Assembly: GCA_051294375.1 (NCBI GenBank)
Contig: CM119263.1
Coordinates: 18,872,628 to 18,936,627 of the forward strand
DNA length: 64,000 nt
Direction: 5' to 3'
Source: Paraspadella gotoi
Taxonomy: Eukaryota > Animalia > Chaetognatha
Under the pieces are notes generated by a model that made no database searches, was not told where the DNA came from, and worked only from the letters and a program-made list of their open reading frames with translations. Position 1 is the stretch's first letter. Each line of letters opens with the position of its first letter. This document shows, one piece after another, positions 49,197 through 64,000 of this stretch. A program made the position numbers and the translations under genes.

Positions 49197-51475
49197 GGGG
49201 TTCCATACAGAGGCCGAGTGAACGTGATCGTGCGACTCGTAAAAATAGTTCGAATACATGTTTGCGGGGTCAACTTGTTGTAATGCTCATTAATTTCAGT
49301 TAAATGATAATTTCCCCTGCTTTTCACTATTGATATTAATATGAGTCTATGAAATTGGTATAACTAACCCATTCATTTGATAATTACACTATAAACGTTT
49401 TGTATCGAAATGTTTCAGGGTATAACGATGATTTTCCCTCTTATCTTCAGCCAGTGTGGGTAGGAAGAGGAGGGGGTCAAGGAGCTGGTGGTAACAAAGA
49501 GCAGAGGAGCTTGAAGAGAATGAATTGAAGTCTCCTGGCGATTTGTATTCGGGAGGAAGAGATGAAGGGATTAACGAGTCGTGAATCATGGGGGCGATCA
49601 TGGGTTAGAGAAGTAATAGGCATTGTATTATTTTACTATATGCTCTATATAATAATAAATGTTGGAATTATTGAAAATTTATTAAACGAACAGGCATAGT
49701 GAATTTTAAACAACATTGCTTTTTTTTTTTTAAATTATCCTTTAAATTGTAAGGAAAAATGCAATATTTACTGGCATAATCATATAGATATTCTTAGGTT
49801 TGATTACGTTACTTTGGTTTCGCGAAAGTTCGGAACTTCAACTTTAAATCGGCTTCCGTTCTTCGGGTTCGTCACAAGAACCTGCTTTTTTCCAATACTC
49901 TCTCTCTCTTTCTCTCTCCTCTTCTCTCTCTCTCTCTCTCTCTCTCTGCTCTCTCTCTCGGTTTTTTTTCCGAGGTTGCGACCAACATCTCCGGGATTTA
50001 TGTCTCATGCCTTCGATTCCCAAAAGGAGACACTCTCTCTCTCTCTCTCTCTCTTCCATCTATTTCTGTCGCAAAAGTGGGCGTGGCCGCAGAGGGCACA
50101 GAAGACGAAAGCGATGATGTTTTAAGTATGACGAGAAGAAAAGGTAAAAGACAAAGGAAGACAAGGAGAACGCCGTCCTGCGTAACTGCATTTAATCTAT
50201 CTTTTTCAAAGGATTTCATTGAAACACGGAAAGTTGGAAAATTTCGAGTTGCACTTTGATAGTATATTGAGCAAAGGAAACACGCAAAGATAATAGAATC
50301 CATTTTAAAGTTACTTTATTTTAAATATTTATAATTTGATTATTCAGAGCAGCTTGAATTTAAATATATGGAGTTTGCGAAATATTTTTAAATAAGTTAA
50401 AATTAAAAGTTTTGAGACTTGAATTTACAGGAAATAAAATTTTCTGTTCTCAGTGAAAGCTTCGTCAAACCTAGTCAAAAAACCACCATTTCGCAATTAA
50501 ATTTTATGATAATTATTAAAAACTATTGAATTGTAACAAGAGTAGTGAAACGAGAAAGAATGAAAGAAAGATCGGGACAAAGGATAAGATGAAAAATGGC
50601 AAAGGGGTACAAAAAAGGAAATTAAGAAAGAAAGAAAGAAAGAAAGAAATAAAAGAAAAAAAAAAAAAAATAAATAAATAAATAAATAAATAAATATAAA
50701 TAAATAGAATTGAAATAACATAAATAAATAAATTAACATAAATAAATAAAATAAATAAATAAATAAAATAAAAAAAAATGAATAAATAAAAAAAAATAAA
50801 CAAATAAATAAAGAAAAAAAGAAAAGAAGAAAGAAAGAAAGAAAGAAAGAAAGGAGGGAAAATTTGAAGAAAAAAAACGCAATTTATGCGCGTTGCTTAA
50901 ATGAGTAATGACGCTATTACCGGACAGAAGAGAAACGAATATGACGAGTTTGCTTTTTCCTCGTCGCTAATGGCCTCTTATTCCTTTTTGAATACTTGAT
51001 GTCGCAGAGAAAGAGAGGGAGAAATGAGAGAGAGAGAGAGAGAGAGAGAGAAGAGAGAGTAGAGAGTGAGATGATAAACTCTCTACAACCCTGCAGCAGC
51101 GAAGTCACGTTTTAAGTCGAGGCAGGAGCGAAGAGATCGATACCAAACAAAGTTTGAGCAAACATTCGTTATCTTGCCGACGACGTAATTATCGGTAATT
51201 ATAATTAATAATTAATTAATTAATTAATTCAAGTTAATTAATTAATTTGATCCGAAATGTTTTCGTCACGAACCACGACAAAAGCAATAAGGACGATGAT
51301 AATAATTCCGATAACGATTGACTTGATTGATTGATTGAATAATTAATTAATAGATAAATAAATTGATTGATTGAATAATTAATTTGATTTATTAATTAAC
51401 TGATTAATTATTTTATTAATAAATACATCTTACATTTACATTTAATATAAAAAGAAAAAGAAGCATAATCAATTA

Positions 51476-51970
51476 GTGAAACAGGTTTTTTGTCTTTTTC
51501 CATTTAAACTCATTTCCACTCAGAGTCAAACGATTCCATCGAAACTTGATTTCCAGCTTAATCACACACTTTCCTACCCACATAAAAAATATCAAATCAA
51601 TCGCCCCATCCACTCAAGAGTAATTGATGTTCAAATTGTAAAATATATTTTTTTGTTTTTTCCATTAAAACTCATTTCCACTCGCACGATTCCATCGAAA
51701 CTTCATATCCAGCTCAATCACACACTTCCCTACCCACACACAAAATTTCATTCTAATCCAACCATCCAATCACGAGCAATTATATTTTTTTTGCTAAGGT
51801 GGGACAGAGGGACGGACAGACAAACGGATGGACGGACATCACTTTTTTTGCATAATTTTTTTTTCTGACATGATATAAGTGAATGCCCGACAAGATTGAG
51901 GGGGCGGACCGACGGACCGACGAAGTGAATTATAGAGTCGGGATCTGCTGATGAGCAGATGCGACTTATA
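51476..51970. mobile_element. DINE-1/Helentron-associated (HINE-like) non-autonomous element; copies at ~52782-53277 and ~58068-58570
   Basis: Two ~155-bp internal tandem units (ttttccatt.aaactcatttccactc...acgattccatc.aaactt...aatcacacactt.cctacccaca), then a (GACR/GGAC)n microsatellite and a terminal hairpin tatagagtcg...cgact. This core-repeat + microsatellite + terminal-palindrome layout is typical of such elements. Confidence 0.55.
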
Positions 51971-53449
51971 AAACAGGAATCGATCAGGCAATTCTCGTTA
52001 TTCTTGAAAGTCAGACTCTGAGGTAAATAATGCAAACGCGATAAACGAATTACAGAAAAATAATTTGTGTTCGCGTGAAAAAGAAAAGAAATGCAATTAT
52101 TAAGCAATTTTTNNNNNNNNNNNNNNNNNNNNNNNNNNNNNNNNNNNNNNNNNNNNNNNNNNNNNNNNNNNNNNNNNNNNNNNNNNNNNNNNNNNNNNNN
52201 NNNNNNNNNNNNNNNNNNNNNNNNNNNNNNNNNNNNNNNNNNNNNNNNNNNNNNNNNNNNNNNNNNNNNNNNNNAAAAAAAAAGCTTAAACCGCAGAACC
52301 TCAAAGAATAGAAATTTTGCACAAAGAGAAAAAAAAAGTGAGATAGGAAAGAAAGACGCGAACCCTCCCCCTTTCACTAAAAAGTTTTTAAAAAAAAAAG
52401 AAAGACGCAACTCCCCCCTTCGACACAAAAAAAAAGAAAGGAAAAAAACCCGCCAACCATTGTCGAGACAGAAAAGCAATATAAAGGGAATTGTTTTGCT
52501 CGGCTCGCTAGAGGCATGANNNNNNNNNNATTAATTAATTTGATCAAAATGTTTGTTTTTAGCTCTTTTCGTCACGAACCACGACAAAAGCAATAAGGAC
52601 GATGATAATAATTCCGATAACGATTGACTTGATTGATTGATTGAATAATTAATTAATAGATAAATAAATTGATTGATTGAATAATTAATTTGATTTATTA
52701 ATTAACTGATTAATTATTTGATTAATAAATACATCTTACATTTACATTTAATATAAAAAGAAAAAGAAGCATAATCAATTAGTGAAACAGGTTTTTTGTC
52801 TTTTTCCATTTAAACTCATTTCCACTCAGAGTCAAACGATTCCATCGAAACTTGATTTCCAGCTTAATCACACACTTTCCTACCCACATACAAAATATAA
52901 AGTCAATCGCCCCATCCACTCAAGAGTAATTGATGTTCAAATAGTAAAATATATTTTTTTGTTTTTTCCATTAAAACTCATTTCCACTCGCACGATTCCA
53001 TCAAAACTTCATATCCAGCTCAATCACACACTTCCCTACCCACACACAAAATTTCATTCTAATCCAACCATCCAATCACGAGCAATTAGATTTTTTTTGC
53101 TAAGGTGGGACAGAGGGACGGACAGACAAACGGATGGACGGACATCACTTTTTTTGCATAATTTTTTTTTCTGACATGATATAAGTGAATGCCCGACAAG
53201 ATTGAGGGGGCGGACCGACGGACCGACGAAGTGAATTATAGAGTCGGGATCTGCTGATGAGCAGATGCGACTAATAAAACAGGAATCGATCAGGCAAATC
53301 TCGTTATTCTTGAAAGTCAGACTCTGAGGTAAATAATGTAAACGCGATAAACGAATTACAGAAAAATAATTTGTGTTGGCGTGAAAAAGAAAAGAAATGC
53401 AATTATTAAGCAATTTTTNNNNNNNNNNNNNNNNNNNNNNNNNATGCCC

Positions 53450-55622
53450 GCTCACAAAGGTAAACACTCGCTTAATTTCCTACGTTCGCAGCTGCCTCTA
53501 ACGGCAACGCCGATCTGTTACCCTTCTCTCCCGCCTCATCCCTGTCCCCTATTCCTCTTCCTCCCCCCTTATTTCTCTCCCGTCTTATGCATCTATTCTC
53601 CCCTTTCTCTCCCTATCGCTTGACCTCTCTCCTCCCCTTCTCCATTAGTCCAAGGGTCCTTTTTCCTAGGGATTCTGATATTTCTTTTAATAAATGCCTG
53701 AAGATGACTCGAGTCGTGGACCCAAGGTGTCAAGGGAAGGAGAAGAAGACCTCTTTTGAAAAGTCTCAAAGGGATCGGGGGCGCTAGAGGGGTGAGGTGG
53801 ATAAGAAACGACGAGGCTGTTTCGGTCGATCAATCCTGCGCCCAACGGTTTTTATGACGTGGTCAAAAAGTCGATCTCTGTTTCGAGTTTTTTTTTTTTT
53901 AATCTCTTTCTCTCTTCTCTCTTCTCTCTCTCTCATCTGCTCTTCTCTTTTTAGTTGGGGCCGAGAGTACCGGAAGCAACTCTATAAGTCACTTTTCGGT
54001 CGGTCTATAGGTGTCGGTCCGGTCCGTGGTCCATCGGTATATGTCTGTGCGTCGGTCGTCCCTTACGTTAAAAATGCATAAATTCGCCTATAGTAGTTGG
54101 TTGTTCATTTGTTAAGACGGAAAAAAACCTCAAATCTAAGGTACTGCTAGCGCTGCCTTCAGAGTAAATTCCTTTAAAACAATAAGGGAATCATTAAGAC
54201 GAAATGTTTCGATGCAGTGCATGTCATAAAATTGGCTAAAAATTTTTTTCAGTTTATGTCATGTCATGGAATGTCATATAATATAATATCTCTTTCCCCT
54301 CTTGGGCTTTTTCCCGCAACGCACCCTCCTCCAGACCCTCCCCCTTGCCATATCTCGATTATGCGTAAAAAAGTTACTTTTGGCAAGAGAGCGCTCTCTC
54401 ACTCTCTGTCGCTCGCTCTTTTCTTTGGCTAGAAATTCGTCTCGCTTTCACGTGGCGCTTGATAACGACGCCTCGCTGTATCGGAAAGTGACGATTGCAC
54501 TTTTGCGGGAGCGGGGGCAAGCGTCTTCGATTTCAGGCAACGAATTCTTTCGCGTCGCCGTCTGTCCGAAAAAAATTAGGCTATTAACTTGCGTGTGAGA
54601 CTGATCTGGACCGCGTTTAGTAAAGGCTCGGGCCAACGTGCATCTATTGTTGAATACGGAACAGTGAACACGTGAACAGTTAGTGATGATATTGATTTTG
54701 ATTTTTGATTTTGTTGTGTAATAATGTTTTTTTTTTCATTTCTTTTGTTTTAGCTTTTATATTCACGCTGCGGAAAACTAACAGGTAACGCTTATAATTT
54801 TTAAATAAACCTTCAGACGCACGAACAAGTATCTATAGTTAGTCTCAATACATAAAACAGAGGCCTTTTTAGTAACGGGGTTTTACTAGATGAGTAGGGA
54901 AAAAGCCCGGCCGGCCGCTCGTGTTCGGCGATTGTTCTCTTTTTGAAGCTCGGATGTCCTCTATGTGCTCCTTTCGTTCCCTTGCCCGAGTTCCAGAAGG
55001 AAAACGAGAAACAAGGGAAAAACAATCAGTGAACCAGAGGGATCTAATTATGAGATCGATCGTTGCTCCGCGCTACATTCAGAGAGAGAGTTGAGAGAGA
55101 GAGAGTGAGTGATGAGAGAGAGAGAGCGAAAACGACTGAGCCAGAAAGGCAGAGAGCGAGAGACAGTGACAGGATCCCGTTTGTTTTTTCGCCTGATTGA
55201 AAATAGCCGATTCTTTTTTTTTTCTTGCCGCTCGGGATTCATAATGCTATAAATTGTGTCGGGGTTCATTGTCCAACGACGCGAGGAAAAAAAAGGGAAA
55301 CTGGCGGGAGACCGAAACGACGGCGTCGCGGTGGCGTGATAGGCGTCCGTCGGCGTTTGTCGGGAATTTTTCCTTCTCACGATACTCATTAAAACAGCTG
55401 GTCGAAGCGGAGAGTTGGATGTTGTTGTGTGGTTGCTGTTGTTGTTATTTTGTTTCTCATCACTGATGCTTCGATTACGCAAAGGAATGAAAGATAATTG
55501 ATCAAATGTTTATGTACCAACGTTCGTTGGAATTATAAAAAAAAACGCGGGATAATGGATTACTTTAGAAGAGAGACAAAGAGAGACAAGAAGAGAGAGA
55601 GGAGAGAGAGAGAGAGAGAGGA

Positions 55623-55653
<31 letters not shown>

Positions 55654-56451
55654 AGAGAGAAGAGAGAGAGAGAAGAGAGAGAGAGAGGCAGCGAGCGAGC
55701 GAGCGAGACGAGAGAGGAGAGAGAGGAAGAGAGTAGAGAGGGGTTCCATACAGAGGCGAGTGAACGTGATCGTGCGACTCGGTAAAATAGTTCGAATACA
55801 TGTTTGCGGGGTCCACTTGTCGTAATGCTCGTTAATTTCAGTTAAATGATAATTTCCCCCTGCTTTTTCACTATTGATATTAATTATGAGTCTATGAAAT
55901 TGGTACAACCTAACCCATTCATTTGATAATTACACTATAACGTTTTGTATCGAAATGTTTCAGGGGTAATATTTCCTATGCCAGTGTGGGTAGGAAGAGG
56001 AGGGGGTCAAGGAGCTGGTGGTAAACAAAGAGCAGAGGAGTCTTGAAAGAGAATGAATTGAAGTCTCCTGGCGATTTGTATTCGGGAGGAAGAGATGAAG
56101 GGATTAACGAGTTCGTGAATCATGGGGGCGATCATGGGTTAGAGAAGTAATAGGCATTGTATTATTTTACTATATGCTCTATAATAATAAATGTTGGAAT
56201 TATTGTAAACTTATTAAACGAACAGGCATGTGATTTTAAACAACATTGCTTTTTTTTTTTTTTTAAATTATCCTTTTAAATTGTAAGGAAAAATGCAATA
56301 TTTAACTGGCATAATCATATAATATTCTTAGGTTTGATTACGTTACTTTGGTTTCGCGAAAGTTCGGAACTTCAACTTTAAAATCGGCTTCCGTTCTTTC
56401 GGGTTCGTCACAAGAACCTGCTTTTTTCCAATACTCTCTCTCTCTCTTTCT

Positions 56452-56491
<40 letters not shown>

Positions 56492-56597
56492 TTCTTGCTT
56501 TCGTTTTTTTCCGAGGTTGGCGACCACATATCCGGGGATTTATGTCTCATGCCTTCGATTCCCAAAAGGATGACACTCTTCTCTCTCTTCTCTCTCT

Positions 56598-56645
<48 letters not shown>

Positions 56646-57594
56646 CTCTCTCTTCCATCTATTTCTGTCGCAAAGTGGGCGTGCCGGCAGAGGGCCAGAA
56701 GACGAACGATGATGTTTTAAGTATTGACGAGAAGAAAAGGTAAAAGAACAAAGGAAGACAAGGAGAACGCCGTCCTGCGTAACTGATTTAATCTATCTCT
56801 TTTTCAAAGGATTTCATTGAAACACGGAAAGTTGGAAAATTTTCGAAAGTTGCCACTTTGATAGTATATTGAGCAAAGGAAAAACACGCAACAGATAGAT
56901 AGAATCCTTTTTAAAGTTACTTTATTTTAAATATTTATAATTTGATTATTCAGAGCAGCTTGAATTTAAATATATATGGAGTTTGCGAAATATTTTTTAA
57001 ATAAGTTAAAATTAAAAGTTTTGAGACTGAATTTACAGGAATAAAATTTTCTGTTCTCAGTGAAAGCTTCGTCAAACCTAGTCAAAAAACCACATTTCGC
57101 AATTAAATTTTATGATAATTATTAAAAACTATTGAAATTGTAACAAGAGTAGTGAATTGAAGAAAGAATGAAAAGATCGGGACAAAGGATAAGATGAAAA
57201 ATGGCAAAGGGGTAAAAAAGGAAATTAAGAAAGAAAGAAAGAAAAAAGAATAAAGAAAAAAAAAAAATAAATAAATAAATAATAAATAAATAAATAAATA
57301 AAATAAATAAATAAATAAATAAATAATAAATAAATAAATAAATAAATAAAAAAAATGAATATAAAAAATAAAAAATAAAAAAGAAAAAGAAAGAAAGAAA
57401 GAAAGAAGAAAGAAAGAAAGAAAGGAGGGAAATTTGAAAGAAAAAAACGCAATTTATGCGCGTTGCTTAAATGAGTAATGACGCTATTACCGGACAGAAG
57501 AGAAACGAATATGACGAGTTTGCTTTTTCCTCGTCGCTAATGGCCTCTTTTCTTTTTGAATACTTTGATGTCGGCAGAGAAGAGAGGGAGAAAT

Positions 57595-57643
<49 letters not shown>

Positions 57644-58710
57644 AAGAGAGTGAGAGTGAGTGAAACTCTCTACAACCTGGCAGCAGCGAAGTCACGTTTT
57701 AGTCGAGGCAGGAGCGAGGATCGATACAAAAACAAGTTTGAGCAAACAATGTCGTATCTGCCGACGATAATTATCGGTAATTTAATTAATTAATAATTAA
57801 TTAATTAATTAATTCAAGTTAATTAATTAATTTGATCAAAATGTTTTTTAGCTCTTTTCGTCACGAACCACGACAAAGCAATAAGGACGATGATAATAAT
57901 TCCGATAACGATTGACTTGATTGATTGGATTGATAATTAATTAATAGATAAATAAATTGATTGATTGAATAATTAATTTGATTTATTAATTAACTGATTA
58001 ATTATTGATTAATAAATAATCTTACATTTACATTTAATATAAAAAGAAAAAGAAGCATATCAATTAGTGAAACAGGTTTTTGTGTCTTTTTCCATTTAAA
58101 CTCATTTCCACTCAGAGTCAAACGATTCCATCGAAACCTTGAATTCCAGCTTAATCACACACTTTCCTACCCACATACAAAATATCAAAGTCAATCGCCC
58201 CATCCACTCAAGAGTAATTGATGTTCAAATAGTAAAATATATTTTTTTGTTTTTTCCATTAAAACTCATTTCCACTCGCACGATTCCATCAAAACTTCAT
58301 ATCCAGCTCAATCACACACTTCCCTACCCACACTACAAAATTTCATTCTAATCCAACCATCCATCACGAAGCAATTATTTTTTTTTTGCTAAGGTGGGAC
58401 AGAGGGACGGACAGACAAACGGATGGACGGACATCACTTTTTTTGCATAATTTTTTTTTCTGACATGATATAAGTGATGCCCGACAAGATTGAGGGGGCG
58501 GACCGACGGACCGACGAAAGTGGAATTATAGAGTCGGGATCTGCTGATGAGCAGATGCGACTTAATAAAACAGGAATCGATCAGGCAAATCTCGTTATTC
58601 TTGAAAGTCAGAACTCTGAGGTAAATAATGTCAAACGCGATAAACGAATTACAGAAAATAATTGTGTTGGCGTGAAAAAGAAAAGAAATGCAATTATTAA
58701 GCAATTTTTA
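53450..58710 (+). repeat. Direct duplicate of ~46700-52112. Further partial copies: 52530-53418 (of ~51235-52112), 52275-52519 (of ~58747-58990) and 63057-64000 (of ~48165-49090)
   Basis: Co-linear near-identity, with boundaries at N gaps 52113-52274, 52520-52529 and 53419-53443. Confidence 0.9.
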
Positions 58711-59819
58711 ATCAAATTCAAGAATTCAGCTCAATCTTCGTGGAGGAAAAAAAAAGCTTAAACCGCAGAACCTCAAAGAATAGAAATTTTGCACAAAGAG
58801 AAAAAAAAAAGTGAGATAGGAAAGAAAGACGCGAACCTCCCCCTTTCACTAAAAAAGTTTAAAAAAAAAAAGAAAGACGCAACTCCCCCCTTCGACACAA
58901 AAAAAAGAAAGGAAAAAAACCCGCCCAACCATTGTCGAGACAGAAAAGCAATATAAAGGGAATTGTTTTTGCTCGGCTCGCTAGAGGAATGATATTTTTT
59001 TTCTTTCTTTTTTTTTTTCGACTCGACTCACCTTAACCACCCCTGCCCCACTTCGGCCCTCCCATCTTACTCAAACGAGGCCGATCCACCACGGCCACCA
59101 CCCCCCCGATCTCTTTCCGAAACTAAACGACGGTCGTGCGTCGCTAACGACGCGATCACCACGGTCCCACCTTCGCGCCGGCGAGAAAAAGGCCCAATAA
59201 AACCTCCCCGTACACCGTCGCAGTCTCCGCCGTTATTTTCGATGCACTCCCCCCTCCACCCCGTCCTCTTTCCTCTTTAGGCGCAGCCACCCGGGCGCGA
59301 ACCACCGCGACGCCAATGCTTCAACCCCAAACCAGCCGCCCGCGCGATCCGCGATCGGGTTATGACAAAGTCGGCGGGCGCTTCGGGGCGCAGCGGGCGA
59401 CAACACGCCAAACTATTAAGCTGGAGTCCGGTGGGAGCCGGGGTTGGAGCCGACTGGAGCCGCCGTATAAAAACTCGATTCAATCTTTTTCTCTTTTTTT
59501 TTTTAAGAATTTTCGCTGTAAGACGAAGAGGGAATCGCGAGATGCATCAACCACCATTCAATATTCATCCTTCGTTCCTCCTTCCCCCCACCCCGAGTCA
59601 CCTCTCCCACCCAACACACACCGCCGTCGGCGTTTCGTGTCTATTCAAGTTGGCGATAATCAGTGTTTATGCGTTGAATGTGAGGGTTGAAAAGAAATGT
59701 TTTTTTTCGTGAGTGGGGTGTGTGAGAATTTCAGGTACTGGGCCGGAGAGTGAGTTTATGGGTGGGTGCTAAAGATGGGGTAGGGAAGAAGGAGCTGCGT
59801 GTTAAGGCGTGGAAGAGAA

Positions 59820-59910
<91 letters not shown>

Positions 59911-61118
59911 AGAATTTTTTTCTTTTTTCCATCGTCTTTTTTCGACAAATCTTCGCTAGCTTCGCAGGCAAACATTTCACACCTCAGTCACGTTCTTCTC
60001 TTGTTGTTTCAATCACACCAGCTTTCCCTTTCCCGATTACGCTCACTCTCCCCCCTACATGATCCCCATGCCCCAATCACGCTTTTCCCCTCTCCCCCCC
60101 CAAACGCTGCTTGACCTTTTCAATCCAGAGTGATTCCGACGAAGACGAAGGAACGAATGCTACGCCGCTTCTTACTCCCTCCGCTTTCCTCCCTCCCCCC
60201 ACGCCTTCCTTTCTCCCTCCGCCAATTAGCTGACTCGCCCTTTGACCCCGCTTCGTCAATATCAACCAATGACGCGAGATCAACTGATTAACGTTTCTGT
60301 TTCGTTGGCCAATAATCGCTCTCTTTTTTCTCTGCCCTCACCCTCGTTAGCTTCGCTTTGACTTTGCGGCATCTCGTTCACATACCCTTGCCATTCGCCG
60401 CCCTGTTTTAAAGTCAACTTTCATAACATTCATAACATTATACTTTTTTCTGTGATGTCGTGGTCTTTACATTCCTGTTATAACGTCTTAATAACGTAGT
60501 TATATCGTCTTGATATCGCATTTGGATTTTCTTTTATCGCGGTTATTTCGTGCTAAAAACTCGAGTTGACGATTCTCTTGATGAAAGTCGTAAAAGAGCC
60601 TCTGATTAGATGGAAAGTTTTATCGGGAAAGGATAAAAAAGTCAAAAGAAAGGATAAAAAAAGGATAAAAGAGGAAAAAAAGGGAAAAAAACGAAAGATT
60701 GCGAATAATATCGAGTATGGTTTATGGATCTTAGAGAATTTTTTAACCATATTCTCTTTTAGTTAAGCTTTATGAACGGTTTAGATAAAGTGCTTTTGTT
60801 ATTTTACACTGTCATTCTTTCGATTACACCCAGTTATTTTCCCAAAAAAATACTGCGAAAGGTTAATGAAACAATCTATATTCTATCGTCTATACAACGA
60901 TTCTCGATTTGAAGAGAAACAAAAATCTTCCAATTTTGAAATTCTAAAACTTAACGATCATAGATTCCGTGGAAAACCCCGACGAAAAGTCTGGCAGAAA
61001 CTCTCGACTCGAACGCCTCTCGCCACCACCCGGAATCTCGAAAGACGCTTTTAACGATTTTGAATTATTCAAATTCCAAGTCGTTCCGACGAAACCCAAA
61101 ACGTTTTTACGCTTCACC

Positions 61119-61233
<115 letters not shown>

Positions 61234-61449
61234 CCTCTTTCTCCTTATCTCTGTCAATTGAACTCGCCTTCTTCGGCGCTCCCTCTTTTTCTTTTCTTCC
61301 CTTTCTTCTTTCTTTTCTTTCCTCCTTCCTCCCTTTTCTCCTACGCTCCTCCCCTCGATCCTCTTTCCTCCTCCCTCGATCTCTTACTACGCGAAAGGTT
61401 AACGAAGTCGTAACGAAAAACCGGAAGAGGGTAAATCGGATAAGTGACA

Positions 61450-61720
61450 CTGGATTTGGTTGAGAGGGGCGAAGTGATAGGTTTGGATGAGAGGGGAAAA
61501 GTTATGTAGAAGATTTGGATGAGACGAAAGAAGTGATAAAAGAATTGGATGAAACGGGAGGAAGGGATAGAAGATTTGGATGAGAAGGAGAAAGTGATAG
61601 AAAATATGGATTAGATGGAATTGATTAAAATAGTTATAATAAGAGGGACAAGTGATTCGAATGAGAGGGAGAAAGAGATAATTTGGGCGAACGGAAAGAA
61701 GTGGGAAAAGATTTGGATTA
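61450..61720 (+). repeat. Degenerate ~30-bp purine-rich tandem repeat (gatttggatgaga...aagtgatagaa)
   Basis: ttggatga recurs about every 30 bp, with 6 or more units. Confidence 0.8.
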
Positions 61721-62256
61721 GAGTGAAGTAAAATTTCTTTTGGCTGAGAGGGAAGACGTTTTCAAAAACTTGGAAAAAATAGGAATGGAGTGACAATCTG
61801 CAATCTGCATTAATTTTATCAGTTATTGGAGAAGCCAAAAAAAAACTAAATTTTGGATTTATGCTTTTTTTTTATAAAATAAATACATTTTTTAATGTTG
61901 TTTGTAGCTAAAACAGTAGGTTTTAAAACTCACCTTGGCTTCGCCGGTGCCAAGCGGTTAATCGGTATTTTATTCGGCGCCAAACGTTTCGCCGAGAAAC
62001 CGGCGACTTTGCGTCGGCCGGAAACGCCGAGAGAAAAAAAAAAGAACCTAAGGACAAGATAGGGAAGTTTCCGCCCCTTCCTCTCCGCCGAATTGGAGGG
62101 CGAATCCGAGGCCACAGTCGGGGCCGAATTTAAGGCTGAATCCCCAGTTGAACTTTTCAAATGGAAAGTAAACATTAGACGGAGTGCGGGAGAAGTGAGA
62201 AACGTAAAAGGAGTCCGGGGGAAAGCGCGCTAAATCTGTTAAATCTCTCCTCTACG

Positions 62257-62330
<74 letters not shown>

Positions 62331-63967
62331 ACTCTCCCCTTCCATCTCGTTTTTTTCGGAAAGGTAAGAAGTTTCCTGTGTTTTGTTGACACTCAAAATG
62401 CGTTACATTCGTTTTTCCCTTTTTCCCTTTTTCCCTTTACTAGTGAGAGAGAATTGAGCGACGGTGTCTAAAAGTAAAAGCGTGAGTGCAATGGTAGTGT
62501 TTGATTCGTAGAATCGAAGAGATCGCGCTTTTTTTTTAAATACTAACTTAATTAAATTTTAAGGTTTCCCTTGAAATTAGGAGAATTAAAGAAATTAAAA
62601 CAACGAATTTAAAAATAATCTCTTAATTTAATATATAAAAGTATTCGAGCATTGGAGTACCGTATCTGAGTATTAGAATACAAGTTACAGGTAGGGCAAT
62701 AGTGCGAAGGTGATGACAGGCTAAAGGTTGTGGGTAGGTTTGGGTGGTTTAGGTGATTGACAAGTCGGTGGTCGCTCGTCTTGTCGAGTCTAGTTTCGAT
62801 GAAAGGCCGCAGCGCCGCCCAGCGGGGAAAAGAGGGCGAGAGTGACGTTGACGTCGAAATTACGCTGGAATGACGAAGAGGACGACGACGTCTACGACGA
62901 CGTCTACGACGACGAGGAAGTCGACGACTCAACTTGGACTCAAACGAAGATTGAGGTGACAAAATGTGAAAGAGAGAATTTCTTGTGACGACCGGGCGAC
63001 AAACTCGGGAGGGCTGGCTCACGTGAAGGCTTTCTGGGGTGAGAGAGGATTTTGATTTTTTGTGTTAAATGAATGTTTTTTTTTTTCGCATTTCTTTGTG
63101 TTTTACTTTTATATCCACGCTGCGGAAAAACTAACAGGTAAGCTTATAATTTTAAATAACCTCAGACGCACGAACAAGTATCTATTAGTCTCAATACAAA
63201 AACAGAGGCCTTTTAGGTAACGGGTTTTACAGATGAGTAGGGAAAAGCCCGGGGGCCGGCCGCTCTTCGGCGATTGTCCTTTTTGAAGCTCGGATGTCCT
63301 CGGTATGTGTCTCCTTTTCGTTCCCTTGCCCCGAGTTCAGAAGGAAAACAGAGAAAACAAGGGAAAACAACAGTGGAACCAGAGGGACTAATTATGAAAT
63401 CGATCGTTCTTTTACCGCGCTAACAATTTCAGAGAGAAAAGTGAGAGAGAGAGTGAGTGAGAAGAGAGAGAGCGAAAACGCACTTGAGCCAGAAAGGGCA
63501 GAGAGCGAGAGACAGTGACAGGATCCCGTTTGTTTTTTCGCCTGAATTGAAAATAGCCGATTCTTTTTTTTTCTTCAGCTCGGGATTTCATAATGCATAA
63601 TTGTGCTGGTTCATTGTCCAACGACGCGAAGGAAAAAAAGGGAAACTGGCGGGGACCGGAAACGACGGCCGGTCGCGGTCGGCGTGGATAGGCGTCCGTC
63701 GGCGTTGTCGGGAATTTTCCTTCTCACAGATCTCATTAAAACAGCTGGTCGAGCGAAGAGGTTGATGTTGTTGTTGTTGGTTGCTAGTTGTTGTTATTTT
63801 TGTTTCTCATCACTGATGCTTCGATTACGCAAAGGAATGAAAGATAATTGTCATGTTTATGTACAACGTCGTTGGAATATAAAAAAAAAACGCGGATAAT
63901 GGGATTACTTTAGAGAGAGACAAAGAGAGACAAAGAGAGAAGAGAGAGGAGAGAGAAGGAGAGAGAG

Positions 63968-64000
<33 letters not shown>

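Noticed and set aside
51935-51975. Hammerhead ribozyme (CTGATGAG)
   Set aside because: There is no GAAA after a stem II and no stem I/III arrangement. The motif sits inside a TE terminal hairpin. The CTGACGAG at ~42490 (minus) fails in the same way.

Overview
AT-rich animal (eukaryotic, probably invertebrate) genomic DNA, dense in (GA)n, (GAC)n, (AAAG)n, (GATA)n and (AAAT)n simple repeats. Almost all ORFs in the supplied track are spurious low-complexity frames. The only gene I can build with confidence is a spliced minus-strand Musashi/hnRNP-A/B-class protein with two RRMs. It has nine coding exons between 44055 and 35910 (~565 codons), and its start codon is not located. The assembly is heavily redundant. 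It contains an ~11.5-kb inverted duplication around a 25-N gap (1-11500) and several direct re-copies next to N gaps (10590-14010/15065-18510; 35810-37990/38385-40545; 46700-52112/53450-58710/63057-64000). These look like gap-filled long-read or haplotype duplicates. The most interesting signal is a set of four GC-rich, multi-helix elements in the two introns flanking the RRM2 exon. Three of them fold preferentially on the pre-mRNA strand, and they share motifs pairwise: a 17-nt UGGCUGAAGGAUGRUGG and a GUGAGGCGG/CCGYCACAC stem. A candidate poison exon lies beside them. Together these may form an undescribed intronic ncRNA cluster or an autoregulatory splicing system. All folding was done by eye, and no database searches were run.
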